A DNA stretch of 64,000 nucleotides. Origin: the human T2T-CHM13v2.0 reference genome, Homo sapiens. Positions 1 through 14,939 of the stretch are shown here, one piece after another. The notes under the pieces are model-generated. The model was not told where the DNA came from. It saw only the letters and a list, made by a program, of their open reading frames with translations, and ran no database searches. Position numbers and translations under genes: made by a program. The stretch lies in NCBI RefSeq assembly GCF_009914755.1, contig NC_060932.1. One strand, given 5' to 3'. Every line of letters starts with the position of its first letter. Position 1 is the first letter of the stretch.

Positions 1-49
1 AATTTTAATGGAGTGGTGTGATGGAAAGTAACTATGTGGTTACTTTGTA

Positions 50-890
50 TTATGAGGCCAGGAACAGGTGCTCTCTGAAAAGATAACATTTAAGCATGAA
101 ATTGAGTGATCAGAGGCAACTATGCAAAGATCAGGGGGAAATATTCCAAGAAAAAGGAGAAGCTTAGTGTAAAGATCTTAAATCTGAGGACAAGCTTGGT
201 TCCTTTGAGGAGCCAGAACAAGGCCAATGTGTTAGGAGAGTAGTGGATTATAGGAGAGAGTATTGGGAAGTGATAGAACAGCAGCTAAATCTTGTAAGGT
301 GCTGAAAGCGTTATGTATAAGCCAAAAGAAGATAGTGACATTATTTTATTTAGTTTGCATTTTTGACTGCCATGTGAGGAACTTACTAAAAGGGGCCAAA
401 GTGAAATTAGAAAACTCAGATGGGAGCCTATTGCATTGGCAAAGCAAGGCATGGTTGTGCCTTGGATTTGAGGGATGTTAGTAGAGACAGAAAGAAGTGG
501 AAGGATTTTGAAATGTGATTTCAAGGTAGGGTGCACAAGACTTACTTATAGATTGGTAAGGATATTGAGAGAAAGAGAAGCCCACAAAAGTATGTCCTGA
601 GCAACTGAGGGAACAGTAGTGCTAGTTACTTGGAGGTGCATGACTGGGCAACAACCTGTCACCTCCCTACTTGTCCTTTATAATTCTCTCAGGTGTTTTT
701 ATGTGAGACCCCACAATCAGTCTTGTATAGTGAAAAAAGTTTTAAAAACATCTAAGCTCTGCCCCCCACCAGCTTTGGGCTGTTGGGAAATTTGCAAGAT
801 TTTATAATGTCAAATTTCTAATTTATAATCTCAGCACTGGATGAGATCATGAATGTGCATTGGAGGGGGCTGTACAGAAAAAGAGTCTAA
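50..890 (-). mobile_element. L2 LINE fragment, highly degenerate
   Basis: Purine-rich L2 antisense motifs (ggccaatgtg..., gaagtggaaggattttgaaatgtg, ctggatgagatc). Confidence 0.6.
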
Positions 891-1437
891 GTCTTTACAT
901 AAAAATCCAAACATTTCCCAACTATATTCTATTCTCTCACCACAGAATACAATTCTTATGATTAGGTACCACTAATCATGGTTATCACTTACGGTCATTT
1001 TAGTGAATTTTATCTGAAATGTTGGAGGACTCTGAAGTTCTTTCCATCTATCTGAAGATAGACCTATCCTGAACTATAATTACCATTTGAATTTACTTCG
1101 TAGGACCAATCATTTCTCTAGTTTATTAACTCACAGCATCATGATCATACTGGACAAACTATATTATTCTTCTGACCTTGAAAGACTATGTGTCTTCTTA
1201 ATTGCCTAAAGGCAAATTATCACACCTAGAGGCCAAAGTAGCGTCAGATAAGCTCCATGAAAATGAGACAGCTGGTCAATTGGGTAAACTGACGAAAACT
1301 CAGCTATGACTCACTATCAGAGTTTACATGTATGTTTACATATGTATGTTTGAATCATATGTAAATATAAAGTAATAAACCAGAATGAGAGAGATATATA
1401 CAAGTCTAGATGCTACTAGAAATAGTTTCTTTTCCCA

Positions 1438-1897
<460 letters not shown>

Positions 1898-2444
1898 TAT
1901 TCTGTTTTTTAAGGTATATGACATGATGTTTTGATATACATGTAAATAGTGAAACCGTTACTATAGTCAAACAAAGTAACATCTCCATTATATCACAGTT
2001 GCCCGTATCTTTTGTGTGTGTGTCAAGAGCATCTAAAATCTACTCTTTTAGCAAGAATTCTGAATACAGTATTAACTGTAGTCCTTATGTTGTACCTTAG
2101 ATCTCTAGACGTTCTTTCTACATATCTGCTACTATGTAATTTTTGCCCATTTTCACCCATTCCTCCACACCCACCCCAGTAACCACTGTTTCATTCTCTA
2201 TTTCTGTTTTAAATGTTTTTGATTCCACATATATTGAGATCATGCAGAATTTTTCTTTTCATGTCTGGCTTATTTCACTTAGCATAATGTCCTCCAGGTT
2301 TACTCATGTTGTAGCAAATGGCAGGATCTCCTTTTTTAAGGTTAAATAATATTCCATTATATCTATATTTATATCTATGTGTATGGGTGTAAAAAGAAAA
2401 AAAATGTATATATATATGTATATACACATACACATCACATTTTT

Positions 2445-2625
2445 ATGCTTTGTTTTTTCTTCTTGAGACAAGGTCTTTCTATGTTGCCCAGGGCAGAGTG
2501 CAGTGGTGGGATCAAGCTTACTGCAGCCTCAACTTTCTGGGCCAAAGTGATTCTCCCACCTCAACCTCCTGAGTAGCTGGGACTACATGCACATGCCACC
2601 TCATCTGGCTAATTTATGTTTTAGT
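2445..2625 (-). mobile_element. Alu right-arm monomer (FRAM or truncated AluJ)
   Basis: gagacaaggtct...gagtgcagtgg...cctgagtagctgggactac...ggctaattt, one arm only. Confidence 0.85.
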
Positions 2626-2746
2626 TTTGTTTTTTAAACACATTTTTAAAATCCACTTTCTTGTTGAGGAACTCTTTGGTTGTTCCTTTATCTTGGCTGT
2701 CGTGAATAATGCTGCTGTGAGTGCAGATATCTTTACAAGGTGGTAA

Positions 2747-3136
<390 letters not shown>

Positions 3137-5664
3137 TGGATTGTATGATAGTTTTATTTTTAATTGCTTTAGGAACCTCCATACTGTTTTCCTCAGTGGC
3201 TGCACCTATCTACATTTCCACCAATAGCATAAAAGGTTTCCCTTTCCTCCACACCCTTGCCAACACTGATCTCTTGTTAGGGAATAGCATCCTAACAGGT
3301 GTGAAGCATTATTGTGGTTTCGATTTGTAATTCCTTGGTGATTAGTGATGTTGGGCACCTTTTCATACACCTGTTGGCCATTTTTATGTGTTCTTTGAAG
3401 AAATGTCTCTTCAGGTCCTTCACCCATTTTTTCATTGGGTTATTTGTTTTTCTGCCATTGAATTTTGTGAGGTCGCTATAAATTTTGAATATTAACCCTT
3501 ATCACATAAATGGCTTGCAAATTTTCTACTAATCTATAGGCTGTCTTTTTATCTTTTTGGTTGTTTCCTTTCTGTGCAGAAGCATTTTGGTGTGTGTGAT
3601 ATGTTCCCATTTATTTATTTTTCTTTTGTAGCCTGAACTTTTGGTGTGACATCCAAAAAAATCATTGCCAAGGCCTATGTCAAGGCACTTTTTTTTCTGT
3701 GTTTTTTCCTAAGACTTTTACGGTTTTGGGTCTTACATTTAGATGTTTTATACATTTTGAGTTGATTTTTGTAAGGTCAAGGGTCCAATTTCATTTTTTT
3801 GCATATCTATGTATAGACTTCTCAGCATCATTTATTGAAGAGACTAGCTTTTCTCCATTATGTCTTTTTGGTGCCCTTGTCAAAAATTAGTTAACTGTAT
3901 ATTTTTGTGATTACAATTACATAATGTTTTTTTCTTAAAAATATAGAGTAAACATTTTCCTACCTTTGTATGTACTGTGAGGACCTGATTTCCAATATTT
4001 GTGTGGTATTACTTTATATGAATGAGTCATGAGTTATTTAATAAATTCTCTAATCTCTAATAGAACCCTGATATCACTACCAGTATCAGTTTTTTGCTAG
4101 TTAAAGTAGGGTTGAGAATTTCAGAAATGTGTGGACTCACTCATTTGTGGATTCACTTTGCTTTTGGCTGCTAATGTAGAGTTATGATCAGCTATATCCC
4201 ACTTAATATACTTTATATTTTGAGTACAGATTCTCTTTGATATGGGATTTTGATATAGTAAAGCATAGCTTTGGGCTCATAATTTTTTTCATGGATGGCG
4301 GATAAATAGAATTATTTTAGAAAAGGAAGGAAATGGTATACTTTAAGAAGTCTGTATAACTTACCTTTAGCTCTTTTTCTATATTTAAATATATTTTAGA
4401 GAAAAAATCATAGTACCTAATACTTTTAAAGCTAGAATTAAAATGCATTAAGGCTTTCTTAAATCTTGTTATCTGTCATTCTAAATCCTCTTGAAGTTAG
4501 CTATAAAGAATAATAGATATGTATTCAGTCAGGATACTGAAGATTTTTACTGGCTTTTGGATTAGAAGATTTTCAACTATCAGTGTTAAAGCTTTAACTT
4601 GCTGTCAGTTAGTCTGACAAGGCCAGAATAAGATTCTAATAGTTGTGATTGTGGAGAGGGTGGTTTTTCATTAGGTGAGGCAAAGTGTCAATTAAAAGGG
4701 TATTGAGATAAAGAAATAGAAACTAGATTAAGTTTATACTTTTTCATGATGATAAGAAAATCCATTTTCGAGTTATACATTTATTTGAGAGTATGCTATC
4801 AGAGGCAAAGCTGGAATACCTTACATACTTAAAAGACTGCCTTTGGTCCTCAAAAGACTTATCAACTGCTTAATAATCATTTAAACATTTTTGTATGTAT
4901 GAAATAAGCATATTTTAAATAAAATGAAATGCCAAGGTCAAATAATGGCAGTAACTTTTAAAGTCACTATAATCAGCAATCTTACTTTCTCCCCAGTCTC
5001 TCCGCATAGTTCCCTACCATTTAAATGCTGAACATTTGCTGTCTTTCAGTGGGGATTTTAAACTTATAAGGAAGTCTGAAACCTATATTTGATGTATATC
5101 CACAAAAATAAAATACTGAGCATGTTTCAGCGTGACTGTCCTTTTTTAGAAGCAATGCCTGGTAAACCTAAGCTTAAGATTTTAGTGCAACAATGAAAAC
5201 TGAACATGCATCTATAAAATGCATTGAACATCAAGCTTAATTTGCTTTTCTGACTAATCTACATAAATAAAGTTTCTCTCTGATAGTTGCTGCAGCTAGT
5301 AAAAATGACTGTATAGATGTTCTTAAATTTAGGAAGCCTCCTTAGGATAATTTGATTTAAAATCTAGGCTATTTCTCAAGTACGAAATTCACTTAGAGAA
5401 GACCCAGTAAACCTCTTAAAGAGATGTCTTCAGTGGAACTTAAAGCATTGATCTGCACAGAGCTGCTCTCACACTGCAACTGCATCCAGTTTGCTTCTAG
5501 GTAAGTAGCATTAGGGATTTACTATTTATTTAGTGACAGTTAATGATTCTTCCTGTTTATTGGGAAAAAAATTACAATATTGATTTATTTAACTACTTTC
5601 TTGCAGCCTCCACAGTTTCATATGAGCAATCCGCTGTTATGAGATTGGGTGTTCAATAAGTGAT

Positions 5665-7130
5665 ACATCACTTTTTTTCTGATGGCTTTCAAGATTTTTT
5701 CTTTTTCTTGATTTTCAGAAATTTAATTATGATGAATTTTGGAAGGATTCATTTGGGTTCATCCTGTTTAAGGTGCACTTAGTTTCTTGAATCTGTAGGT
5801 TTGTGTCTTTTGCTAAATTTGGATGTTTTCAGCCATTATGTCTTGGAAGACCCTTTCAGTCCCACTCTTTTTCCTTGCTTTCTGGAACTCCTATGATATG
5901 AATGTTTAATCTTTTTGTTTTCATCCCATAGGTCTCTGAGTCTCTGTTCACTTTTTCCCCATCGATTTCCCTCTATTTTTCAGACCGAGTAAATTCTATA
6001 GACCTTTCCTCAAGCTTACTGATTCATTTCTCTGTTATCTTCACCACGATTGAGACCATTCAGCAAGTTTATTATTTCTATTATTATATTTTTAACTTCT
6101 GTGATTTTTATTCAGTTTACTGTTATTATTCCCATTTCTTGGCTGAGATTTTCTATTTTTTCATTTGTTTCAAGAGAATTTGTAACTGATTTTTAACCAT
6201 TTTTATGATGGCTGCTTTAAAATCCTCTTCAGATAATTTCAATATCTGTTTGATCTTATTGTTAGCATCCATTGTTTTTTCTCATTCAAGTTGTAATTTC
6301 TTGATTCTTGGCATGATGGGTGTTTTTTTCTATTTTATCCTAAATATTTATTATCATAGGGGACTCTGGAATCTATTTAAATCATATATTTAGCAGGTAG
6401 TTTTTCTGCTTAGGTTTAGTACACAGGTTCTGACCTATTGTTTTGAGCTGTGGTTCCAAAAACAGCTTAATTTTCAGAGCATTTGCAAAGTTATTTTGGT
6501 CTTCCTGCACTTTTGTCAAGTGCTAATGTGGCTGTTACTGGTCCCTGTTAATGCTGACCTAGGGGAGATAAGGGGTTTCCTGAAGCTAGGGAACCCGTAT
6601 CTCCAGGTGGAGGGGAGAAGTCTCAGCTCACTGGGACTTTGAGGCTTTCCAGGCCAGGTGGGTTTGTGGCAAGATCCCACTTGCAGTGTCACCCAGCTGC
6701 CCGGTACCTTTTGATGGAGGAGGGGCATTTCAGGCCCTGAGTAAAAGGAGAGAACTTTCTATGACAGGTTGTCATTAGTGGAGTTGGTTTCCTATCTTTT
6801 CCCTTTGCTGGTGGTGCTGGGCTCACCTGGCATTGTCAGGGGAACTACGATTCTTTCTAGGGGAAGTAATAACTTATCTCTCTCAGCTGCCTTCTGTTTC
6901 TAGGTTGAGGGTCAGGGAACCAGGATTGCCTTTTTCTGTCCATTGGGAAGGGAGGACGTGTACAATACCCTATTATGTTATTTTTCTAGTCTTAGTGTCT
7001 CAAATAATTTTTCCTCCCTCTTATCATCTTTCAGAGTTTTTCTATGTTGCCTTTTATGCTATTTCCAGGGTTTATAGTTATACTAAGTGGGGAGGAGTGG
7101 GAGAAATGAGTCTCTGGCATCTTGTCTAGA
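5665..7130 (-). mobile_element. Old L1M 5' region (ORF1/5'UTR), degenerate
   Basis: ttcttgaatctgtaggtttgtgtcttttgctaaatttgga..ttttcagccatta and tgatggctgctttaaaatc are typical of antisense L1M ORF1. Confidence 0.75.
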
Positions 7131-7169
7131 CCTCAGTTTGTCATCTGCCATGTCATATCGAAAAAAGAA

Positions 7170-7285
7170 GGGAATTTGAGGTCAAACCAGCTTGGAATGC
7201 TGGTTCATCCACAATCTGTATGACTTATAATAAATTTATGTAACTTCTTTGAGCCTCCTTTTCCTCATCTGTAAAATAGAGTTAA
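7170..7285 (+). mobile_element. MIR
   Basis: aacttctttgagcctccttttcctcatctgtaaaatag core. Confidence 0.75.
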
Positions 7286-7289
7286 CTTA

Positions 7290-8760
7290 TTTATTCATTC
7301 ACTCTTTATGATTCAGTAAAATATCTGTCATTGAGACCTTACTCAAGACTGGGCACTGTTCCAGGTACTGGGAATGCAGTGGAGTACAAGACAAGTAAGG
7401 TCCTTGCTTTTCTGACCCTTCATTCTTTACACAGATAATCAACAGGCAATCAAAAAATAATTCTGCAAGGCAGTGATAAGTTCTATGAAAAAATGAAACA
7501 GAGTAATGAGGATAATGACTGAGCCGGGGACTTAGATGACTGTGCTTCAGATACTCAGGGAAGGTCTCTGTGAGAACGTGGAATTTCATTATTTCTTTCT
7601 ATTGATTCAGCCCATATTTATTGAGCTCTTACTAGGTCCTAGGGATACATTTGAGCAAAAACCTGAATGATGAGAGAGACCCAACTATTTGAAAATATGG
7701 AGCAATACCATTTCAGGAAAAATGTACACTCTATTAAAAAGATCCCTGAGGTAAAAAAATATCTAGAGAAGATCAAGGAACTGAAGAAGTTGTGCAACGT
7801 GGTTGGAACATTGTAAATGTGAAGGTGCATCATCCCGAAGTGATCAGAGAGGCAGGCAAGAAGCTGACTATGCAGGGGCTTTTGGGGCACAATAACGAGT
7901 TCAGTTTTATTCTGCATGTAATGGGAAGCCTTAGAGAGTTTAAGCAGATAAGGGATACAATTCATATATGTTTATAAAGATTACTCTAGCTTTTTCGTAG
8001 AGAATGAAATGTTGAAGAGCAACAATAGAAGCTGGGATACCAGTTAAAAGGCCATTTCTGCTGTCCAGGTAGGAAATAATAAAACTTGAACTTGATAGGC
8101 AGCTGTGGAAAAAGAAGAGGTTGTAGATTGAAGGCATATTTAGCAGTTTGAGCAGGCAAGATTTTCTGAATTGGCTTTGTGAAGTTAGGAAAGATGAGGA
8201 CTCTGTTTCTGATTTTGGCCAGATGACAGGAGCCATTTTAGAGATAAGGGAGATTGAGAGAGAAGACTGTTTTAGAGCTGGGGTCAGAAATAATTATATT
8301 TGTTTTGCAAAAGTTAAATTTTGAGGTGTCTGTAGAGATCTGTGGAGATGTACTGTAAGTAGTAAATATTCAGTTCTGGAGCTCATGGGGTTAAGGGCTG
8401 AGGCTGTTGTGTAATCGGATGTCACCAGCATTCAGATGATATGTAAGGCAGTGGGACTGCAAGACATCATCTGAGGGGAAAACACTGAAAGAGCAGAGAA
8501 AATTGTGAGCTACTCCATAATTTTAACATTAGGAGTAGGAGATGCATCTAGCAAAGGGAGATCCAGAAGGAGTAGTTAGATTGAACCAAGCAAAAAATCA
8601 GGTAATTCAGTGTCAAAGAAGCTAAGTGCAAGAAATATTTTAAGAAGGAGCAAATGACCAACTTTGTCAAATGTCTTAGTAAAATAAAGACAAAAAACTG
8701 AGTGCTGAGTTTGGTAATTTGGAATTATTAAGTGGCCTTGATGGGAGTTGTTTTAGGGAG
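7290..8760 (-). mobile_element. L2 (L2a-like) including its 3' end
   Basis: ttattcattca..., ggcactgttccaggtactgggaatgcag, atgggaagcc..agagagtttaagcag. Confidence 0.8.
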
Positions 8761-9369
8761 GTTGCCAGGGTTATTGTGAAACTTATTAATATATGAAGTT
8801 AGGCATTCTAATTTTAATTACTTTTCCCTTCCTCAGTTTCTTCATGTGTAAAATGGTGATACTAATGCTTTTACGCCTGTGTCACACTTTTTGTGCTCAT
8901 ATCACTAGATTTTTAAAAGGAATAAATGGCAATCCATGAGAAAAATGAAACTATGCAGAGTGACATAAATGTATGCTTAATATATATGTATATTTTTTAT
9001 ATAATTGCAGGTAAGCATGTTTTAAGAAAATTCACATTCAGCATATGTCTCTGATGAATGGATGTTCATTCCTTTAAAAACAAGTTTCATAAATAAAAAT
9101 TGTCTCTGAAATCATAGATATTTAAATAGTTGGACTTGTCTTTAAATATATATGGAGATATGCAAAAAATACACATTGTTTTAAAAACAGATATTGAAAT
9201 ATAATTTTCCAAGGTGACCTAAACTTAACGTAATCCTAACTCTAACCCAGGTGACATATATAAACATTTTAAAGGTGCTCAAAAGTTTATTTTTGGTGAT
9301 CATCTTTCATTAAAAAAAACTAACCATTTCTACCAACATCACCATCCTTACAACCACATTTAAAATCAC

Positions 9370-9560
9370 AGCAAAAATAGCTACCACTTTTAGTGCATAT
9401 TACATATCAGATACTTTATATGTATAATCTCACTTAATCTTTACAGCTATAATATAGGCATAATTATGATTTCCACTTTACAGATAAAAATTGAGGCTCA
9501 GAGAAGTTAAGCAATTTGTTCAAAACCTGCAGATAGTGTCAGAGTTATTTTTAAAATCAA
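9370..9560 (-). mobile_element. MIR
   Basis: ccactttacagataaaaattgaggctcagagaagttaagcaatttg. Confidence 0.8.
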
Positions 9561-12500
9561 TTATTTCTTAATCCATCGTTCTCACTCAATGCAATTGTTT
9601 CTCATCATATTTGGGTGTGTTGACAGGTTAGATATGGAAAGATAAAGGTTCTGGAGTAGCTATGTAGTTAAAATTTCTAGACTTGAGACCAAAGCCAAGT
9701 TTTACTTATTCTAGAAAACACACATACACACACATGAAAAAAGCCAGAAGGTAGGCTAGAACATCAGGCCAAGGAGAGAAAGGACTTGAGATATAGCAAA
9801 AGCATTTGCAAATGTGGAACTCTATTCAAGACTGAATGTATATATTGCAAAAGGGACAGGGCAGAAAGCCAGGCAATAGGTAAATAAAACATAATATATC
9901 TTGGTTGTCAGTTCACTAGGCTGGAGAGAATTCTAGGAGTCATGGTTGGGAATGCTGAAGTTTAAAGATATGATATCCATCCTTTGGAGAGGCTCATGAA
10001 ACAGAAAACCAATATGTATGTGTTTTAAGGGTACCCAGGGTTTGCTTTAATCAGGTAAGGTAAGATATGCATTATTACTGCACTAAGTAATCACCTTGCA
10101 GCACTGGACCAGATCATTCTGAAGTTGCTAAAGGGTATGTCTGTGGGTGGTATAGAGAAATAGGACTAGATGATTTCTAAGGTTTCCTACTGCCTGTGTT
10201 GCTTAGTATAGTCTAATGGGGTCTTTAGAAGAGCGTGATATAAAACTTTTTCTGGCAGTGTGTGCAGGATGCACTGCTGAGAGGGAGCTCACCCAGGAGA
10301 GTGCTGTAATTGAAGCAATTGGCATAGCGAAGAATTGAACTAATAGTCAGCAAACCTGCATTCTAGCTTTCCCTATCCCACTCTGTTGCTGGGTAACATT
10401 GAGTGACTTCCTGGACCAATGATTAAAAAGAATTCCAAAGAGTTTAGAGATTCAAAGCTTGGAAGAAGAGCCAACAGTGATGGAATGAAATAGTAATGGA
10501 AAATCATGTGGTAAAATACATTGTTAATTAGGTATATAGAAAGTATACAATAAATATATATTCCTTTGTATATAATTCCATTGGATGGTAGGTTTTCTAA
10601 GGAAAGTAGGTTGTAGTCAACCTGATGATAATATGGATATTCTTATTAAACTTAAACAGAGATTTCCATTAATTACCTCTCCTTTTCTCCTGTTCCTATA
10701 ATGCTAGTTAGCTGCCACAGGGTCTCTGGTAAATAACCTAGTAAGTGTTTCTTAATTGCCTTTTATTTTGCCCTAAATGTTTTCCCTGTCTTACAAAAAT
10801 AGACTATATGTGTCTCAGGTTAAAAACCTATGTCTAGATCTCTTACAGCATCTAGAAGTATGGATACTTTCAAAATATTAAGAGACTATGAATTTGTTGC
10901 TTGGAATAATTTTAGAAAGCTTCTACTTTTTGTCCTCTAGTGATGAAGAAATCTGTGGGAGGATGAGGTGCTCATCCAAGGTCAAAGGCAAGGTAGTGCT
11001 GGTGCCATGACTCAGCCTAGTGCCTGGTTCTCAACCATGTCTCTTGATTGATAGGTTTAGTATTGAGTGCTTGTTTAAGCTTTCTTATGAGCTGACTGAT
11101 TTTTAAAAGAAAAACTAAATTCATTTAAATGTTTTACAAATTCTAATTGCCCACGATTATATAAAATTTCTTGGATGATATAATTTTTGACTAGGCCTTT
11201 ATTCTGTCATTTGTCATTGATATAGATGACAGGAACAGAATATGTATCAAAATGTCAAGTGTACTAGGATGATGACATTTTATGTAAGCGCATAATTAAA
11301 TCACGTTTTGGAAGAACTGATAATCCTTATTTCCAAAGGAAATGAATTATGCTTCAGAACAATTTTTTGAGGTGTCTTCAGTTGGCATTCCATAGCTCGG
11401 TACCAACCAGCTTTATATGTTACCCCAGAGCTGCCAAAGAAGAAAAGATGATGCTTTCTGTGCCAACGTGGGGAAGACTATGTAAAAATGTACCAATATC
11501 TAAACCCTTCCCCAAGGCACAGTGGAAGATGCACATTTTATTTCTAACAGCATGTCCTGGGGCCAAAAACTAACTGCTTACCTTCACTACAAACATTGAC
11601 AGAGGTATGATCCAATACGGGATTAACTGAAAAATATTTGCTTACTAGGAAGTGATATCACTCATAGGGCTGCAAGTGATACTAATAAAAAATGATTTTG
11701 CAGCACTAATGTTTGGTAACATCTGTGTTTTTATGACAATTGTTTGTGACTGTCAAATTGCCAAACTCTTTACTCAATCCCTCATCAAAAGGGGAGAAGT
11801 ATGGTGATAATTTTTAAAAACTTAAGTATATCCTGATTGTACTTTATGGTTTGCTGAGCATAATCCTATAGGGTAGAGAATGTTAACAATAAAAACAAAA
11901 ATGTGTTGTAAAAGAACTTTAACTTCCCTTTTTATGTGTATATGTATGTGTGTGTTTGTGTATATGTACATAAATCAGCTGGAAGACAAAAGTAAAAAAT
12001 CATGCTTCAGGATTATTTTAATGATTAGATCCTGAAAAAATTATTTTAAATTTATCATTTATAATTTGATTGTGCATTCTTTATATTTTCTACTGTGGCA
12101 TGTGTTGTATGTTTATGTAGCTTTAAATTTTATATTACACTAATGATGATTGTAATGGTTTCTTAAGTGGAACTTGAAAATTATTTAAATATGCCAAATA
12201 TTATTTCCTCCCAGATCTTGCATTTTCAGTGACAAATGAAGACAAATGAGGCACTGCTATGGGTATAGTTATTTAAATATTATATTTTTCTTATGGGTAA
12301 GTTGCATCACTTAAGACATCTTTAATTAATTATTTAAGTGAGTTCTGTGTCTTCTCCTCTGCATCCAAAATTGCAGATATAAAATGTCAGAGAAACTTTC
12401 TTGCAAGGGAAGAATAATTTTCCAGCTTAACAGTAAGCTGTTTTGATATATACTCATTGATGAACAAGAAAAAAGTATTAAAAGAAGGAGATGTGAATAG

Positions 12501-12638
12501 GTAATAGAGATAATTTGTTGTTAGTATGTTTCCTAGCTGTGATCCAAGAGTGGTAATCTAAGACTCTCTTTCTGATTAGTTTAAGCAGCCAATTCAGGGA
12601 TGATAGACAATCAGTGTTGAGAGAAAGGAAAAAAAAAG

Positions 12639-12646
12639 TCTGTCTG

Positions 12647-12690
<44 letters not shown>
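12639..12690. repeat. Compound tetranucleotide STR (TCTG)2(TCTA)11
   Basis: Read directly from the sequence. Confidence 0.95.
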
Positions 12691-12764
12691 ATCTCTCTCA
12701 CTCTCTCTCATCTCTCTCATCTACCGTATCTATCATCAATATAATCTAACATCTATCTCATGGA

Positions 12765-13395
12765 TCTGCCAGGGTCTTGTCGAGAAAACAAAAACTACAT
12801 TTAGAATTTCAAATAAAGATGACCTAATTTATGGAATTGTGTACAAATATATTATAGGGCTCAAAGAGTATAGAGAGAAAGCTGTGGTATCCCATAAATT
12901 TGTAACTGTAGGAAGGAACAACTACCCTTAGAAAAGAGGGTATGCTACGAGAAACTGGGAGATTGAAAGAATGGTCCCTGCAGGGCTGATGCTCGGGCCT
13001 CTGAGGTGGAAGTGTGGCCTCGTGCATGCTTGCAGCTCCCAGGGACGCAGGCAAGTGGCTGGTGCTCTGGCTCCAAAAGAGTGAGGCCTGGGGTCTTGGG
13101 TACCCCCGAGGGATGTGAGGAAGCAGAGCGATGTTTCTATTGCAGAAGAAGCTTGAAGCTGGAGGCCACTATTATGCTGCTGCTAGAATAATGCTAGCAG
13201 CAACTAGAAAACATGAAAATAGTCCCTCATACCTTTATTTTTCTTTCCAATCTCCTTCAAATAAAAAATAAAACCTAAATGAAAGCCAGAATGCAAGGGC
13301 ATATGGAAAATGTAATGTATAGAAAACTAGTCCTGGCCTCACAGAGCCAGGTACAGAAAGGGGTGCTTGCAGCAGAGAGACAACAGCCAGCTCAT
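12765..13395 (-). mobile_element. Ancient ERVL-type LTR (LTR33-like)
   Basis: cagggtcttgtcgagaaaacaaaaactaca start, GC-richer middle, aagccagaatgcaagggc..tggaaaatgta end; family assignment from memory. Confidence 0.4.
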
Positions 13396-13399
13396 CTTA

Positions 13400-14170
13400 T
13401 TCTTTACTGTCTTCATAGCTCAGATTTGTTTTCCTGGCAGCCTTCACTTAGATGTCTACCAGGTGTCTCAAATATCAAAATGTTGCAAAACCAAAGAGAT
13501 TTTTGTTTTTCACCCCCAAATATGCTTTTCTCATGTCAGTAAATGGTGCTATAATCCATCCACCTATTTGGTGCAAAATCTAGTCGTCATTTTTGACACC
13601 TCTCATTCTCTTGCATTCCAAATTTAATCCACTAGGGAGTGCTATCAGCTCTACCTCTAGAAGAGACCCTGACTCTATTATAGATACTTCCTGACATCTC
13701 CACAGCTGTGATCTGAGCCCATCACCATCCTTTCTCATGGAATATTTATTTAGTCTCCTAACTAGGCTCCTTGCCTTCATCCATGTAATGTTTTACTACT
13801 TTCCTTTTCACGCACTGTGACTCAGTTGCCCTGGAATAGGACAAACTCCTTTCCTCCTCAAAGCCTTCTTTCTGCCTTGAAATCTATTCTTCTGCATATT
13901 TGCATGGCTATGTCCTCCAAATTAATGCTGCAGCTTTAATTTCAGCACCTAAGGGAGACCTTCCCCCACCATGTTTTTGCACCTTGCTTCTCTTGAGCCA
14001 CTGTTGCCTTCTAATATATTCTTAGTCTTTTTGGTTTTCTTTATGATACTTGCCTTTACCTATAACCATCTTTATAATTGCATATTCATATTCTTAATCT
14101 CTCTTAGAATAGCAACATCATAGAGCTTAAAGAACACCCACAAGGTATATTTATTGACAGAAAAATATCT
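13400..14170 (+). mobile_element. L2 fragment
   Basis: cacttagatgtctaccaggtgtctcaaat, cagtaaatggtgctataatccatccac, agtctcctaactaggctccttgcc. Confidence 0.75.
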
Positions 14171-14911
14171 GTGAAAGGGACATAAAGCCACAGGTTCCTG
14201 AAGCCAAGGTAACTCTGTTAAAATGTAGGAGAGCACTTATACAAAGGTAGGATTCATGGTGAATAAAAAGGGAATACTTTTATCAATAAATTGTTAAAAA
14301 AATAAGTCAATAAAAATATTTGTAATAAGTTTATATAGAAAACTGGTTAAGCATTAATCTATGGATCATATATTTTAGATTTTAATTTTCATATATTTTT
14401 CAAGTGTTCCCAGGCATTCAGACTATAGGTGTGAGTTTTAGGTTTTGGAGAAGTATTTTCAGACACAACTAAACCACTTGAGAGAAGAAAGCATAAATAT
14501 AAACCAAAGAGCTGTCAGCTCTGTCACATCTCTTTTATTAGTGAGACATTTATGTCAGGACTAACTCCTGTTGCGGAAACAAATGTGGACTAAGTAAGGA
14601 ATGAGAGTTAATGGAAAGCAACAGAAATTATATGAGAGATAGGGAGAAGCAGAATTCTTAATCAGCCAAAATTTTCACAGACCAAGTTGTCAGTGGTTTC
14701 TCAAAACTAGTTCTTTTCTTCTGGATATTGACATTCCAGAAGGATGCAATAGGTGGGACAGAAAATAATACAGCTTTGTAAGATGATGAAGCTTTTCAAA
14801 TCTAGGAAAATTCATCTAAGATGATATGGTAGGAGAAATGAAATTTACAGCAAATTGGCTTCAGCCACTAGTAGAGACACAGAGCATTAGCGGTTCAAGC
14901 CTCTGAGGGTC

Positions 14912-14939
14912 AAAAAAAAAAAAAAAAAAAAAAAAAAAA
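14912..14939 (+). repeat. Isolated poly(A)28
   Basis: Read directly; no Alu or L1 body recognisable upstream. Confidence 0.95.

Noticed and set aside
14783-14906. ATGATGA ... CTGA as C/D-box snoRNA motifs
   Set aside because: No terminal stem or recognisable guide sequence; short motifs expected by chance
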